A stretch of DNA of 64,000 bases from an uncultured Candidatus Saccharibacteria bacterium (GCA_965230975.1 OZ246402.1:309304-373303); one strand, 5' to 3'. Counted from the first letter of the stretch, positions 39,397-48,959 are shown. The notes: generated from the sequence alone by a model not told the origin. Numbers and translations are program-made.

Positions 39397-40998
39397 ATGA
39401 AATTAAAACTATTCAAATCTAAAGAAGATAATTATTCTAAATTTGATTCTGGCTCTAGTAAATCTAAAAGCTTTAAATCAAATCCAATAAAAAGAAGTAT
39501 TAATAAAATATCTAAATTCTTTACTAAAAACAAAATAGTAAAAGTTATTACAAATACATTTACTAAAGATATTGTTAATAAGCTCTCGCTTACACTGGCA
39601 ATTGTAATAGTATATCGATTTTTAGCTGCTATCCCACTACCTGGAATTGATATGTCTGTCTACAATTCGAATTTTGCAGGCGGGGCTGGAAGTCAGTCAA
39701 ATGCACTTTTCTCTTTATTTACAGGTGGTCAGCTAGACTCTCCAAGTTTGGTTGGTTTAGGTTTGGTAGCATATATTAATGCTTCTATTGTCATGCAACT
39801 TTTACCTTATGCTATACCAAGACTTAAAGAAATTCAGCAAGAGGGAGAGCGTGGTAGACAAGTTATAAACCAAATAACAAGATTAATAACATTGCCATTA
39901 TCTTTTTTCTATTCAATTGCATATTTAGTATATTTATCACAAAGAGATGTTGCCAATCCTCAAAATTTAGCTACCGTTGCTAGCGATCCTAACCATGTTC
40001 CTTTGTACTTAATTCCTCATGCAGCAGGTACAACTTGGCCAAGTATAGAAAAAATTATATTTATGGCCGTAATATTAGCTGCAGGAACAATGTTTTTAAT
40101 GTGGTTATCTGAATTAATAACAGAAAGAGGTTTGGGTAATGGTTCCTCAATAATAATTACAATCGGAATATTAGCGAATTTACCTACATATATATCTTCA
40201 GACTTTGCACAAGCTAATATCTTGCAGGTATTAGCTAATATTTTCCAAGGTAGATTTGAATATTTACGAGACCCGTACTTTATTGCAATTATTGCAGTAA
40301 TATTGGGTTTAATACTTGTAATAACTGCATTGGTATTTATTAATGAATCTCAAAGAAAAATAGACATAAGATATGCAAGGAGGGTAAGGGGAGAAGAGGG
40401 TGGACAAGGGTCATTCTTGCCTATTAAATTTACAATAACCGGGGTATTGCCAGTTATTTTTGCAACATCTTTGTTATCAATTCCTCAAATATTAGTTCCA
40501 CTTATAGAAAATTCAATAGATTCAAATAGCGCTGTAGGGTCATTTATACAAAGTATAAAAAACGGATTTTTATTTGCATCACAAAATGCAGCAATAGATA
40601 CAAATGATTTAATATTTATAATCGTAGAGTTTTGTTTGGTTATAGTATTTGGATTGTTCTATGCATTTATTGTTTTAAACCCTAAAGAAACAGCAGAAAA
40701 TTTGCAAAAATCCGGAGCCTTTGTTCCTGGAATTAGGCCAGGTAAATCTACAGAAAGATACATAACAGGAGTGATTTTAAGAATATCATTTGTTGGGGCA
40801 ATCGTGTTGGCTATAATTTCAATTATTCCAATAGTCTCAAGAGATTTATTAATTTCAAGTACCGGAAATTCTTTACAAATTTTAACTGGTATTTCCGGAA
40901 CCGGAATTTTGATTATTGTCGGAGTTGTGTTAGATACATATAGACAATATAAGTCATTAAAAGCAACTAGAGGTTATGATAGATATATAATTTCATAA
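39397..40998 (+). CDS. secY: Preprotein translocase subunit SecY (with a ~60-aa Lys/Ser-rich N-terminal extension)
   Basis: 'LAIVIVYRFLAAIPLPGID' is the TM1 signature, and there are 10 TM helices. 533 aa, compared with ~440 typical. Confidence 0.9.
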   Translation: MKLKLFKSKEDNYSKFDSGSSKSKSFKSNPIKRSINKISKFFTKNKIVKVITNTFTKDIVNKLSLTLAIVIVYRFLAAIPLPGIDMSVYNSNFAGGAGSQSNALFSLFTGGQLDSPSLVGLGLVAYINASIVMQLLPYAIPRLKEIQQEGERGRQVINQITRLITLPLSFFYSIAYLVYLSQRDVANPQNLATVASDPNHVPLYLIPHAAGTTWPSIEKIIFMAVILAAGTMFLMWLSELITERGLGNGSSIIITIGILANLPTYISSDFAQANILQVLANIFQGRFEYLRDPYFIAIIAVILGLILVITALVFINESQRKIDIRYARRVRGEEGGQGSFLPIKFTITGVLPVIFATSLLSIPQILVPLIENSIDSNSAVGSFIQSIKNGFLFASQNAAIDTNDLIFIIVEFCLVIVFGLFYAFIVLNPKETAENLQKSGAFVPGIRPGKSTERYITGVILRISFVGAIVLAIISIIPIVSRDLLISSTGNSLQILTGISGTGILIIVGVVLDTYRQYKSLKATRGYDRYIIS

Positions 40999-41771
40999 TG
41001 AAATATAATAATATCTTTACAAGCACATCTGATATTAGTTCTATAAGAGAAGCTACTAAAATATCTTCACAAATTTTAAAAACTTTAAGAGACTCTGTAA
41101 AAGGTGGTTTAACTGCAGAAGATTTAAATGCTTTAGCAGAATTGGAATGCAAAAAATACAACGTATTGCCAGCATTTAAAGGGGTAGAGGGCACTAAAAT
41201 GCCATTTGATAAAGCTGTCTGTATCTCCATTAATGATGAAATACTTCACGGTAGACCATCTGATGTTAATGTAATTAAAGAAGGAGACATTGTGAAAATT
41301 GATTTTGGCATAATTCATAATGGTTTTTATACAGATCATTGTGTAACAGTTGGGGTAGGAATACTTTCAAAAGAAGAGGAACGATTAATAAATACTGCAA
41401 AATTATGCATAGATGAGGCAGTAAAAGAGGCAGTGGTTGGAAATTATACAGGAGATATTTCCTATGTGTTAGAAAATATAGCAACCCTAGGTGGTTTTAA
41501 TTTTGTAACAACTTATTGTGGTCATGGTATAGGTAAATCACTACATGAATCCCCAGAAATCTTATCTTGGGGAGATAGAAAAACAGGAGTCAGATTACAA
41601 GAAGGAATGCTTTTGTGTATAGAAAATCAAATAACTATGGGTAGTGCTAAACTTAAATTGCAACCGGATGGTTGGACTTTAAAGACAGTAGATAAAAGCA
41701 AAGGGGCCATGTTTGAACATATGGTCCTAGTTGGTAAAAATTCCCCAGAAATTCTTACAATATTAGACTGA
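40998..41771 (+). CDS. map: Methionine aminopeptidase, type I
   Basis: Metal ligands lie in 'IDFGIIHNGFYTDHC' and 'TYCGHGIGKSLHESP'. 1-nt overlap with secY. No adk between them. Confidence 0.9.
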   Translation: MKYNNIFTSTSDISSIREATKISSQILKTLRDSVKGGLTAEDLNALAELECKKYNVLPAFKGVEGTKMPFDKAVCISINDEILHGRPSDVNVIKEGDIVKIDFGIIHNGFYTDHCVTVGVGILSKEEERLINTAKLCIDEAVKEAVVGNYTGDISYVLENIATLGGFNFVTTYCGHGIGKSLHESPEILSWGDRKTGVRLQEGMLLCIENQITMGSAKLKLQPDGWTLKTVDKSKGAMFEHMVLVGKNSPEILTILD

Positions 41772-41839
41772 TTGTAGACTGTTTAAGAGCTTTAGAATAT
41801 AATCTAAGTGTGTTAGTTTTAATTATTATTTTTATTTAA

Positions 41840-42205
41840 ATGTCAGATGCAAGTACACCAGCACCAGTTTCAAGTGCACCAAGCAATGATAATGTAATGG
41901 CAGCAGTCGCAACAATTCCATTAGTTGGATTAATTATTTACTTTGCAATGAAGGATTCTAGCGAATTTGTCAGATTTTATGCAAAACAAAGTATCGGTTT
42001 ATTAATTTTAGAAATTGTAGTGTGGATTGTAACTGCTGTGATAGGCGTAATTCCTTTCTTAGGCTGGGTTATAGGTCCAATTTTGGGTATGGTAGCAAAC
42101 CTTGGTATTTTAGCAATATGGTTAATTTTGTTAATTAATGCATTACAAGGTAAAAAATACAGATTACCTTTACTTGCAGATGCACTAGATCAATACATTA
42201 AGTAA
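41840..42205 (+). CDS. Hypothetical small membrane protein (3 TM)
   Basis: 121 aa. Hydrophobic helices. N-terminus 'MSDASTPAPVSSAPSN'. Confidence 0.5.
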   Translation: MSDASTPAPVSSAPSNDNVMAAVATIPLVGLIIYFAMKDSSEFVRFYAKQSIGLLILEIVVWIVTAVIGVIPFLGWVIGPILGMVANLGILAIWLILLINALQGKKYRLPLLADALDQYIK

Positions 42206-42259
42206 TACTTAATTTGAAAGTGTAAGGTTTTTGTAAGAAATTTTAGGTAAATTAGTTTT

Positions 42260-44164
42260 ATGAAAATAAAATTAATTTACCTTTTTTTATTGCTATTAGT
42301 AAGCTTTTGTTTACTAATTATTAGCTCTAAAATAATTAAGGCACAAGAAGTTACTTTGTTTATAAGTGAATTTTTGCCGGACCCCGAAGGTTCTGATTCT
42401 GGGAAAGAGTGGGTAGAAATTTTTAATAATTCAAATCAAAGTCTAACTATAAGTGCATGGAAAATAAAAAATACTTCATCTAGCGGTACTGTTAGAAATA
42501 TAGTTATTCCAAATGTTACTATAAATGCAAACCAGTACTTATTAATTGCAGATTCTAGTAATATAATTTTGCCAACTGCGAATAATTCAATAATAGTATA
42601 TTTACCACTTGGGAATGTTAATTTATTTAATACAAATTCCAAATTAGAGTTAATAAATGATTTATCTATAACTGTAGATTCACTAGATTACCTATCTTCG
42701 TCTGAAAATATAAGCTGGGAAAGAACAGGCCCTTATTGCAGTATTTTAGAAAAAAGTTTAACTGCAAATACATTAGGGCTTAATAACTCTCAAACTTCTT
42801 CACAGTGCTGGTCAATAACTCAAATTGCAAGTTACCCAAATCAAAACGAGCAAATACAGACTGTCGTATCAGAACCCATTGTCTATCTGCCATCTTATCC
42901 ATCAACACCTCAAGTAATTACGGAAGGCTTTTATAATACCAAATTACAAATAACAGAAATATACGCATCTCCACAAACAGGGGAAAAAGAGTGGGTGGAA
43001 GTTTACAATAATAGTAATGAGACAATAGAACTAACACAATTCAAATTATCTGAAGTAAATAGCTCAGATGTTTATGAGAAGTTTATGAGTTTGAATGGGC
43101 AAATAAATCCATATCAGTATTTGGCAATCGAAACAAGCACCATTACTTTAAATAATACTGGCGATCAATTAGCATTATTTTATAAACAAGAGTTAATTGA
43201 TCAAATAGACTACCCAAGCTTATCGAAAGGGGAGTCTTACTCTAGGGGTTTTAGAAATAATCAGTATAGCAATGATTGGTTTGTAACATCTAAAGTTACA
43301 AAATCTAGTTTGAATGCAAGTAACGAAATAGAGTTTATTCCATTAAGTCAAATTACCAACTACCAAACTGGAATAGTAATTAAAACAAAAGGGTGTATTA
43401 GTTTTATTAAAAGTGTTATGCCAGATAACTATGCTTACTTTATTAGTGATACTTACAGTTTAAAAGTTAAATTTATAGATGATAGTGATTTAAATATAGA
43501 TGATTGTTTAGAACTTACGGGTAAGCTTATTAAAACAAGTAAAGATAGTTACTTTTATGTGTCTAGTTATACTTTTTTAAACCAAAGTTTAAACAATAAT
43601 TATATAAATATAAATGGTGAGACAACATTTATTAACTTTGAAGGCAAATACGTTAGCCTAAGTGGTGTAAGTATTAAACGTAACTATACTTATTCACTTT
43701 TGCTTTCTAATGACTTAAAAATGAAGTATCCAGAAGATTTTGACCCTAATGATTATTCATCTGAAGATAGCATTAATATTGAGGGAGTAATTATAAAGTT
43801 AACTAATAGTTATTATATTTACCCATTTACTATTGAAAAAGAGCAAAGTGTATTGGGAGCAATCAGATATTCAGATGAAAATCTCTCAAATAAGCTTTCA
43901 GGTAATAATAATTCTAAGACTGTCGAACAAAATAAATTGAATTTAATTCAGCCAAATACTATAAAGATTCCAATAGCATACTTTCTATTACTTTTATGGA
44001 TTTTAGCGCATATCGTTATATTCAATAGAAATATTATTGCTTTAAAATTAAAGGTAGATAAATTTATGAAAGAAAGGGTAAAATACATGAATGCCAAAAC
44101 AACTTCATATTTTGGGAAAGACATATTTCATAGAAATTTTTCCAAAGAGACTACTAAAATCTAG
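42260..44164 (+). CDS. Secreted lamin-tail-domain (LTD) protein with two LTD repeats and a C-terminal TM anchor
   Basis: 'FISEFLPDPEGSDSGKEWVEIFNNSNQSLTISAWKI' and 'LQITEIYASPQTGEKEWVEVYNNSNETIELTQFKL' match the LTD consensus. There is an N-terminal signal and a C-terminal 'IAYFLLLLWILAHIVIF' segment. Confidence 0.65.
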   Translation: MKIKLIYLFLLLLVSFCLLIISSKIIKAQEVTLFISEFLPDPEGSDSGKEWVEIFNNSNQSLTISAWKIKNTSSSGTVRNIVIPNVTINANQYLLIADSSNIILPTANNSIIVYLPLGNVNLFNTNSKLELINDLSITVDSLDYLSSSENISWERTGPYCSILEKSLTANTLGLNNSQTSSQCWSITQIASYPNQNEQIQTVVSEPIVYLPSYPSTPQVITEGFYNTKLQITEIYASPQTGEKEWVEVYNNSNETIELTQFKLSEVNSSDVYEKFMSLNGQINPYQYLAIETSTITLNNTGDQLALFYKQELIDQIDYPSLSKGESYSRGFRNNQYSNDWFVTSKVTKSSLNASNEIEFIPLSQITNYQTGIVIKTKGCISFIKSVMPDNYAYFISDTYSLKVKFIDDSDLNIDDCLELTGKLIKTSKDSYFYVSSYTFLNQSLNNNYININGETTFINFEGKYVSLSGVSIKRNYTYSLLLSNDLKMKYPEDFDPNDYSSEDSINIEGVIIKLTNSYYIYPFTIEKEQSVLGAIRYSDENLSNKLSGNNNSKTVEQNKLNLIQPNTIKIPIAYFLLLLWILAHIVIFNRNIIALKLKVDKFMKERVKYMNAKTTSYFGKDIFHRNFSKETTKI

Positions 44165-44576
44165 GGTTATTATAGAGAAAGATAAGCTAATTATTTTTTT
44201 AGCAGAAAATCAAAATCAATCAGAGGCTTACGTTTTATTAGAAAATTTTTTAATAGAATTTGCAAGATCTTATATAACAAAAAGAACGGATCTATTTTGT
44301 AAACAATTTAGCTTTGAATATAATCGAATAGCTATAAAGGAACAGCGATCTAGGTGGGGTAGTTGCTCTAGTTTAAAGAATCTAAATTTTAATTGGAGAT
44401 TAATTTTTGCTTTACCTTTAGTTGTTGATTATGTAATTTTGCATGAGTTAGCTCATACCAAGCAAATGAACCATTCAAAAGCATTTTGGGATATAGTAGA
44501 AGAGTGTATGCCAAATTACCTGGCATGTAGAAATTGGCTTAAAATTAATGGAAAATCTTTATTCTCAGCATTTTAA
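44091..44576 (+). CDS. YgjP/DUF45-like (SprT/M48-like) zinc metallohydrolase
   Basis: 'ILHELAHTKQMNHSKAFWDIV' matches the DUF45 HExxH...NHS..FW signature. The 5' end overlaps the LTD gene by 74 nt, so the true start may be a downstream non-ATG codon. Confidence 0.65.
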   Translation: MPKQLHILGKTYFIEIFPKRLLKSRVIIEKDKLIIFLAENQNQSEAYVLLENFLIEFARSYITKRTDLFCKQFSFEYNRIAIKEQRSRWGSCSSLKNLNFNWRLIFALPLVVDYVILHELAHTKQMNHSKAFWDIVEECMPNYLACRNWLKINGKSLFSAF

Positions 44577-44660
44577 ATTATACTTTATAAGTAATTGAAT
44601 TTGAGTTTATGTCGTAAATTCTATTATTTGATTTAGAAGATTAGTCCTTAAATTCTTATT

Positions 44661-44692
44661 AAAAAAGCCCTCCTTTCGGAGGGCTTAATTTT
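44661..44692. terminator. Bidirectional intrinsic terminator between convergent genes
   Basis: A6 - gccctcc-tttc-ggagggc - ttaatttt. Confidence 0.6.
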
Positions 44693-44700
44693 ATGTTCTT

Positions 44701-47400
44701 CTACTTCCTTGATCTTTTTCCTTTAGCCTTATTACTTAAATCATCTATTATACTTTCTTCATAAGGTCTAAATTGAACTTTGACATTATTAACTTTCCCA
44801 TTTACAGAATCAAATACAGAACCAACTAGTTTTTCAGATAACTGATATCCAAATTTAGTTCTATATACCATCACTCCAAGAGTTATAAACATTAATCCAA
44901 CTAACAACATTCTTGCATCATCAAATATACCTGTGTTTGGTATAGCTGTTGGTGTGCAGTTTAGCAATGTTCTTAAGTCAAATGTTGTGCTGTTATCTTG
45001 AGTTGTTGATGTGTCATACTGCAATTTAGCTTGGTTAACTACACCTGGTGCTGTGAATGTTAACAAATTAGCCCTTGGAATTGTTAACGAATAAGTAAAT
45101 GTTTTTGATTGACCTGCAGTGTATGTTCTAGCAGTAGTATCACCAGTCCAAGTAATTTTACCTCCAGATACAGAACTGTATGTTGGATTAATATTAGTTG
45201 GTTGTATTCCTAGTGTTACTGCATTTGCATCATATTTGTCTTCTACAAAGTCAATTACTCCTGTTACACTACCAATGTTTTTAGCTGTAACTGTATAGTC
45301 AATTCTTGCATCTCCATCTGCTTCGCAAACAACTGCACCACTTTTTACTACATTAAATAATGGTTCAGCTTGAGCAGTTTGAGATACTGTAATGCTTTCT
45401 AAACATTCTGTTGGTGATGTTAATGCGGTTGATCCATCTAATAATACTCTTACATCATATGATCCAGCAGCTACTCCTGTTCCATTTGGTGCTGCAGATT
45501 CCCATCTGAATGTATATGTGTGAGTGCTAGTTATTGCGTCAAATGAATATGAGTATGCACTTACCAACGAACTAGATGTGTTTAATGCATCTCTTCCAAC
45601 TGGTGAGCCAGCTGTTCCTACTCTTAACCTTATATTTGGATAAGGGTTAGTTGTAGCTGGGTTTTGGTATTTCAAAACGTATTCTAAGTAGTTACCTGTA
45701 CCACTTGCTATAGGGTCATTTCCACTTTCAGTTAAATCAATACATTGTGCTGCTACTACTGTACATGTTGCTGTATTTAAAGATACAGGGTTTGTATTAA
45801 TTCCGCTTGTTGTTAAATAAACTCTTACATAATATATAGTTCCTTGTTGTAGTGTAAATGCTGTGCTACCTGTAAATCCAGTACCGTTAGTTACTGTTGT
45901 TCCAGATGGTACATTTTTGCTCCAATAGGTTGCAAAGTTTGATGTTGTTGATATATCTACTCTTACTGCTTGAGCAGGGTATGTTCCCATGTTCCAACTT
46001 ATTGTTGCTGTAGGTACTGTTGATCCTTCTGGACAAGTAGATGCTACAGTTGCAGTTGGGTTCGTTTCTGGTGTACATGTAGGTGATGTAGGATTATCAG
46101 GTAATCTACATCTATTTTCTGTACCAATGTTATAACAAGTCAAACCACTAGCACATAATATATTTGAAGAATTACAAATCTCATTACACTGAACAGTTTG
46201 AGTTGAAGGTGTATTTGGTGGATTGCCTGGAGTTGTAATTACCGTTGATGAGTTGAAACACTCAGGTTGAGCTCCACACGATGCACCCTCTCTATAGCAT
46301 TTCACTGCTCCATTAACGCTATAGCAATTATCACATTTATTACCACTTCCACCGCTAATTACATTACCACAACCTAGGAATCCGCTGGATGCAAGAGCAT
46401 AAGTCAGTGTCCCATCAGGAAGTTTGACTTCTTGACATTTTCTTAATGCCGCATTTTTTCTACATTCATCCTCTGTAAAACAAAATGCATCCTGTAAATT
46501 CTTTTGATCTGCCGTAGCACAGGAAGCACCGCAGGCATCTGTATTTATTATATCTGTTTTCCATTGGCCTAGTTGACTACATTGTACACCACTTGTTCCA
46601 CCAGTACATTTCCATGTAAAAGGAACACAAACTCCACCAGTAGGTATGGTACCTTTACTACCTGGAGAAGTACATGCAATAGTAGCCCAAACAGACTCTT
46701 GTTGAACTGTTGAACCATTTTCGTTATAACCACACCTAAATCTACCATCAATACATGAATAACATCCAAGTCCAATTCCACAGCCATCAGTTGCTGCATC
46801 ACCAGGTGTACAAGGGTCACCTATAGTTCCTAAATTAGATCCGTTATCGGACCCGCCAGTTACACTACCATTACTTGCTGTACAAGATGCACATGCTGGC
46901 TCATCTTTTGAACCTGTTGAACAACTAGCATTAGATTCTCCAGGATCACATCTTCCATCGTTTGGTCTGGCTGGGTTAATAGGTTCTCCATCTCTTGTTG
47001 TGGTTCCACAAAATCTATTTGTAGGGTACCATGATCCAGCCCTACATTGGTATTCTGCATTATATTGGTCACAAATAAAACCTTGATCTGGCGTGCCATT
47101 ACAACTAGTTGTACTACCAGTTGGAATTCCATTACCTCCATTAACTTGGGCAGAAAAACCTCCGCACTCTGGCCTAGCTGCAAAGTAGTCAGAACAACCA
47201 CAACCACAAGATTGCGAGCAACCCCATGTGCAAGCACTTGAGCTATCTGGGGCAAGGCCACTTTCTTGTGAAAGTCTATAAGCAATGAATAAAGAAACAG
47301 CAGCCAATACTACAATAAGTAGTATTAAAACGATTTTGAATACGTTCTTAGTTTGAACTTGTTGCATTGTTTTCTCCATTAAATCTATTATTAACACCAA
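44701..47400 (-). CDS. Giant Cys-rich surface protein (N-terminal signal-anchor, ~350-aa Cys-rich region, Fn3-like domain, DUF11-like repeat, C-terminal sorting-signal-like hydrophobic segment)
   Basis: 899 aa, about 60 Cys in the N-terminal third. Fn3-like segment 'TATISWNMGTYPAQ...IYYVRVYLTTSG'. 'VVCEADGDARIDYTVTAKNIGSVTGV' resembles a DUF11 repeat. 'IPNTG' plus a hydrophobic stretch plus 'RTK' lie near the C-terminus. The real start is possibly at internal Met 8 or 12. Confidence 0.6.
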   Translation of the reverse strand: MVLIIDLMEKTMQQVQTKNVFKIVLILLIVVLAAVSLFIAYRLSQESGLAPDSSSACTWGCSQSCGCGCSDYFAARPECGGFSAQVNGGNGIPTGSTTSCNGTPDQGFICDQYNAEYQCRAGSWYPTNRFCGTTTRDGEPINPARPNDGRCDPGESNASCSTGSKDEPACASCTASNGSVTGGSDNGSNLGTIGDPCTPGDAATDGCGIGLGCYSCIDGRFRCGYNENGSTVQQESVWATIACTSPGSKGTIPTGGVCVPFTWKCTGGTSGVQCSQLGQWKTDIINTDACGASCATADQKNLQDAFCFTEDECRKNAALRKCQEVKLPDGTLTYALASSGFLGCGNVISGGSGNKCDNCYSVNGAVKCYREGASCGAQPECFNSSTVITTPGNPPNTPSTQTVQCNEICNSSNILCASGLTCYNIGTENRCRLPDNPTSPTCTPETNPTATVASTCPEGSTVPTATISWNMGTYPAQAVRVDISTTSNFATYWSKNVPSGTTVTNGTGFTGSTAFTLQQGTIYYVRVYLTTSGINTNPVSLNTATCTVVAAQCIDLTESGNDPIASGTGNYLEYVLKYQNPATTNPYPNIRLRVGTAGSPVGRDALNTSSSLVSAYSYSFDAITSTHTYTFRWESAAPNGTGVAAGSYDVRVLLDGSTALTSPTECLESITVSQTAQAEPLFNVVKSGAVVCEADGDARIDYTVTAKNIGSVTGVIDFVEDKYDANAVTLGIQPTNINPTYSSVSGGKITWTGDTTARTYTAGQSKTFTYSLTIPRANLLTFTAPGVVNQAKLQYDTSTTQDNSTTFDLRTLLNCTPTAIPNTGIFDDARMLLVGLMFITLGVMVYRTKFGYQLSEKLVGSVFDSVNGKVNNVKVQFRPYEESIIDDLSNKAKGKRSRK

Positions 47401-48049
47401 TCATAGTAGTTAAAATTGCAGATGCGATTGGTTGAGTTACACTTTGATTAAGCTCCACTAAGTCAGAACAGTCTCCAAACCCTTCATAAACTATAGTTGC
47501 ATATTCAAAGTCGTTTTGCGTATGAAAAATATTAGTTCTGCACCAATTAGAACCGGTCTTATCAGAACCAAAAAAGAAATTAGAAGAATAATAATTACCA
47601 TTATCAAACTCTTCTAAAATAAATTTATTATTAATTCTTTCGTACAAAGAATCTGCAGAATCATCTATATAAGAAAACTCATTATAAGCAAAAAGCTCAA
47701 AATAAATCTTTTTTGTACCCAAAGTGTAAGTACAAGAAATAGGCATATAATCAAACCTAGAATTATTAGTAGTAGGAATATCTTTATTTTTATAAATAAT
47801 TAAATCCTCTGGAGAATTTTGAAAAATAGTTTGCCCCGAAAAAACATTTGTACAATCAAGATTTGTAAATGCCTCTACAACATCATCATAAGCGTCTCTA
47901 GTTGCAGTATCTCCAAAACCTGCAGCCCCAGAATTATTTGGTGACTGATTATTTTGCACAAGTTGAGCAAGCAAAACTGCCAACGCTCCAATTAAAATAG
48001 TCACTACAATTAATGCAATGACGATTGTTTTTTTTCTGTTGTTATTCAT
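47348..48049 (-). CDS. Hypothetical secreted protein (signal-anchor), co-oriented with and overlapping the giant Cys-rich gene
   Basis: 233 aa. TM segment 'IVIALIVVTILIGALAVLLAQL'. 4 Cys in the ectodomain. Confidence 0.5.
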   Translation of the reverse strand: MNNNRKKTIVIALIVVTILIGALAVLLAQLVQNNQSPNNSGAAGFGDTATRDAYDDVVEAFTNLDCTNVFSGQTIFQNSPEDLIIYKNKDIPTTNNSRFDYMPISCTYTLGTKKIYFELFAYNEFSYIDDSADSLYERINNKFILEEFDNGNYYSSNFFFGSDKTGSNWCRTNIFHTQNDFEYATIVYEGFGDCSDLVELNQSVTQPIASAILTTMIGVNNRFNGENNATSSN

Positions 48050-48203
48050 AAAATTGTATATGTAGATCTACTTTTACCAGTATACAGAAAACGAAATAAA
48101 AGTAAAATTAAATAAAAAACATTAGATATATTAGCTAATATAAATTATCAGAATTAAATAAAGAAATCTAGCCTAAAATTAAATGCTTAGCTATAATTCA
48201 AGT

Positions 48204-48959
48204 ATGCTACAAATAAAAAACTTAAATATAAATTTGGCTCAAGGAAAAGAGATAGTTAAAAACTTTAACTTAACGGTTAATCCGGGTGAAATACATTTAC
48301 TTAATGGCAAAAACGGAAGTGGAAAATCTACATTGGTAAACACATTAATGGGTAATCCAAACTTTGAAATAATAAGTGGAGAAATACTTTTAAAAGATGA
48401 AAATATACCTGAATACATTTTAGAAAAAATTGATAACGAGTTCGTTACAAAAAACGAAAAAGAAATAACTATAAATCTCACACACTTAGAACCAACAGAA
48501 AGATCCTTGTGTGGCTTATTTTTAGCAAATCAGTACCCAATTGAAATCCCAGGCGTTTCTTTAACAAGTTTTTTAAGATTAATATATAACGCAAGAAGAC
48601 CAAAAGAAGAACAATTACCTGTTTTTAAATTTAAAAATTTATTATTAGAAAAAGCAAAACTAATAAATTACCCGGAACACCTATTAAAAAGAAACTTAAA
48701 CGAAGGTTTTTCAGGAGGAGAAAAAAAGAAAACGGAGATACTTCAAATGTTAGTATTAGAACCTAAATACGTATTTTTAGATGAAATTGATTCTGGTTTA
48801 GATAAAAGCTCTGTTCAAGAAGTTTTTACTGGAATTTCAGAATATAAAAAACTATTCCCGCAAACTGCATTTATAATAATAACTCACTACGATAGAGTAA
48901 AAGAATTCTTAAAAATTGATTTTGAGCATGAAATGCAAAATGGAGAATTAATTGCATAG
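48204..48959 (+). CDS. sufC: Fe-S cluster assembly ATPase SufC
   Basis: Walker A 'GKNGSGKST', signature 'FSGGEKKK', Walker B 'LDEIDSGLD', H-loop 'ITHY'. The N-terminus 'MLQIKNL' is collinear with E. coli SufC. The ORF is also open from the ATG at 48183. Confidence 0.85.
   Translation: MLQIKNLNINLAQGKEIVKNFNLTVNPGEIHLLNGKNGSGKSTLVNTLMGNPNFEIISGEILLKDENIPEYILEKIDNEFVTKNEKEITINLTHLEPTERSLCGLFLANQYPIEIPGVSLTSFLRLIYNARRPKEEQLPVFKFKNLLLEKAKLINYPEHLLKRNLNEGFSGGEKKKTEILQMLVLEPKYVFLDEIDSGLDKSSVQEVFTGISEYKKLFPQTAFIIITHYDRVKEFLKIDFEHEMQNGELIA

Noticed and set aside
44091-44164. Possible frameshift or pseudogene at the LTD/DUF45 overlap
   Set aside because: Both reading frames are intact and each encodes a complete recognisable domain. 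The overlap is more simply explained by an alternative downstream start for the DUF45 gene.
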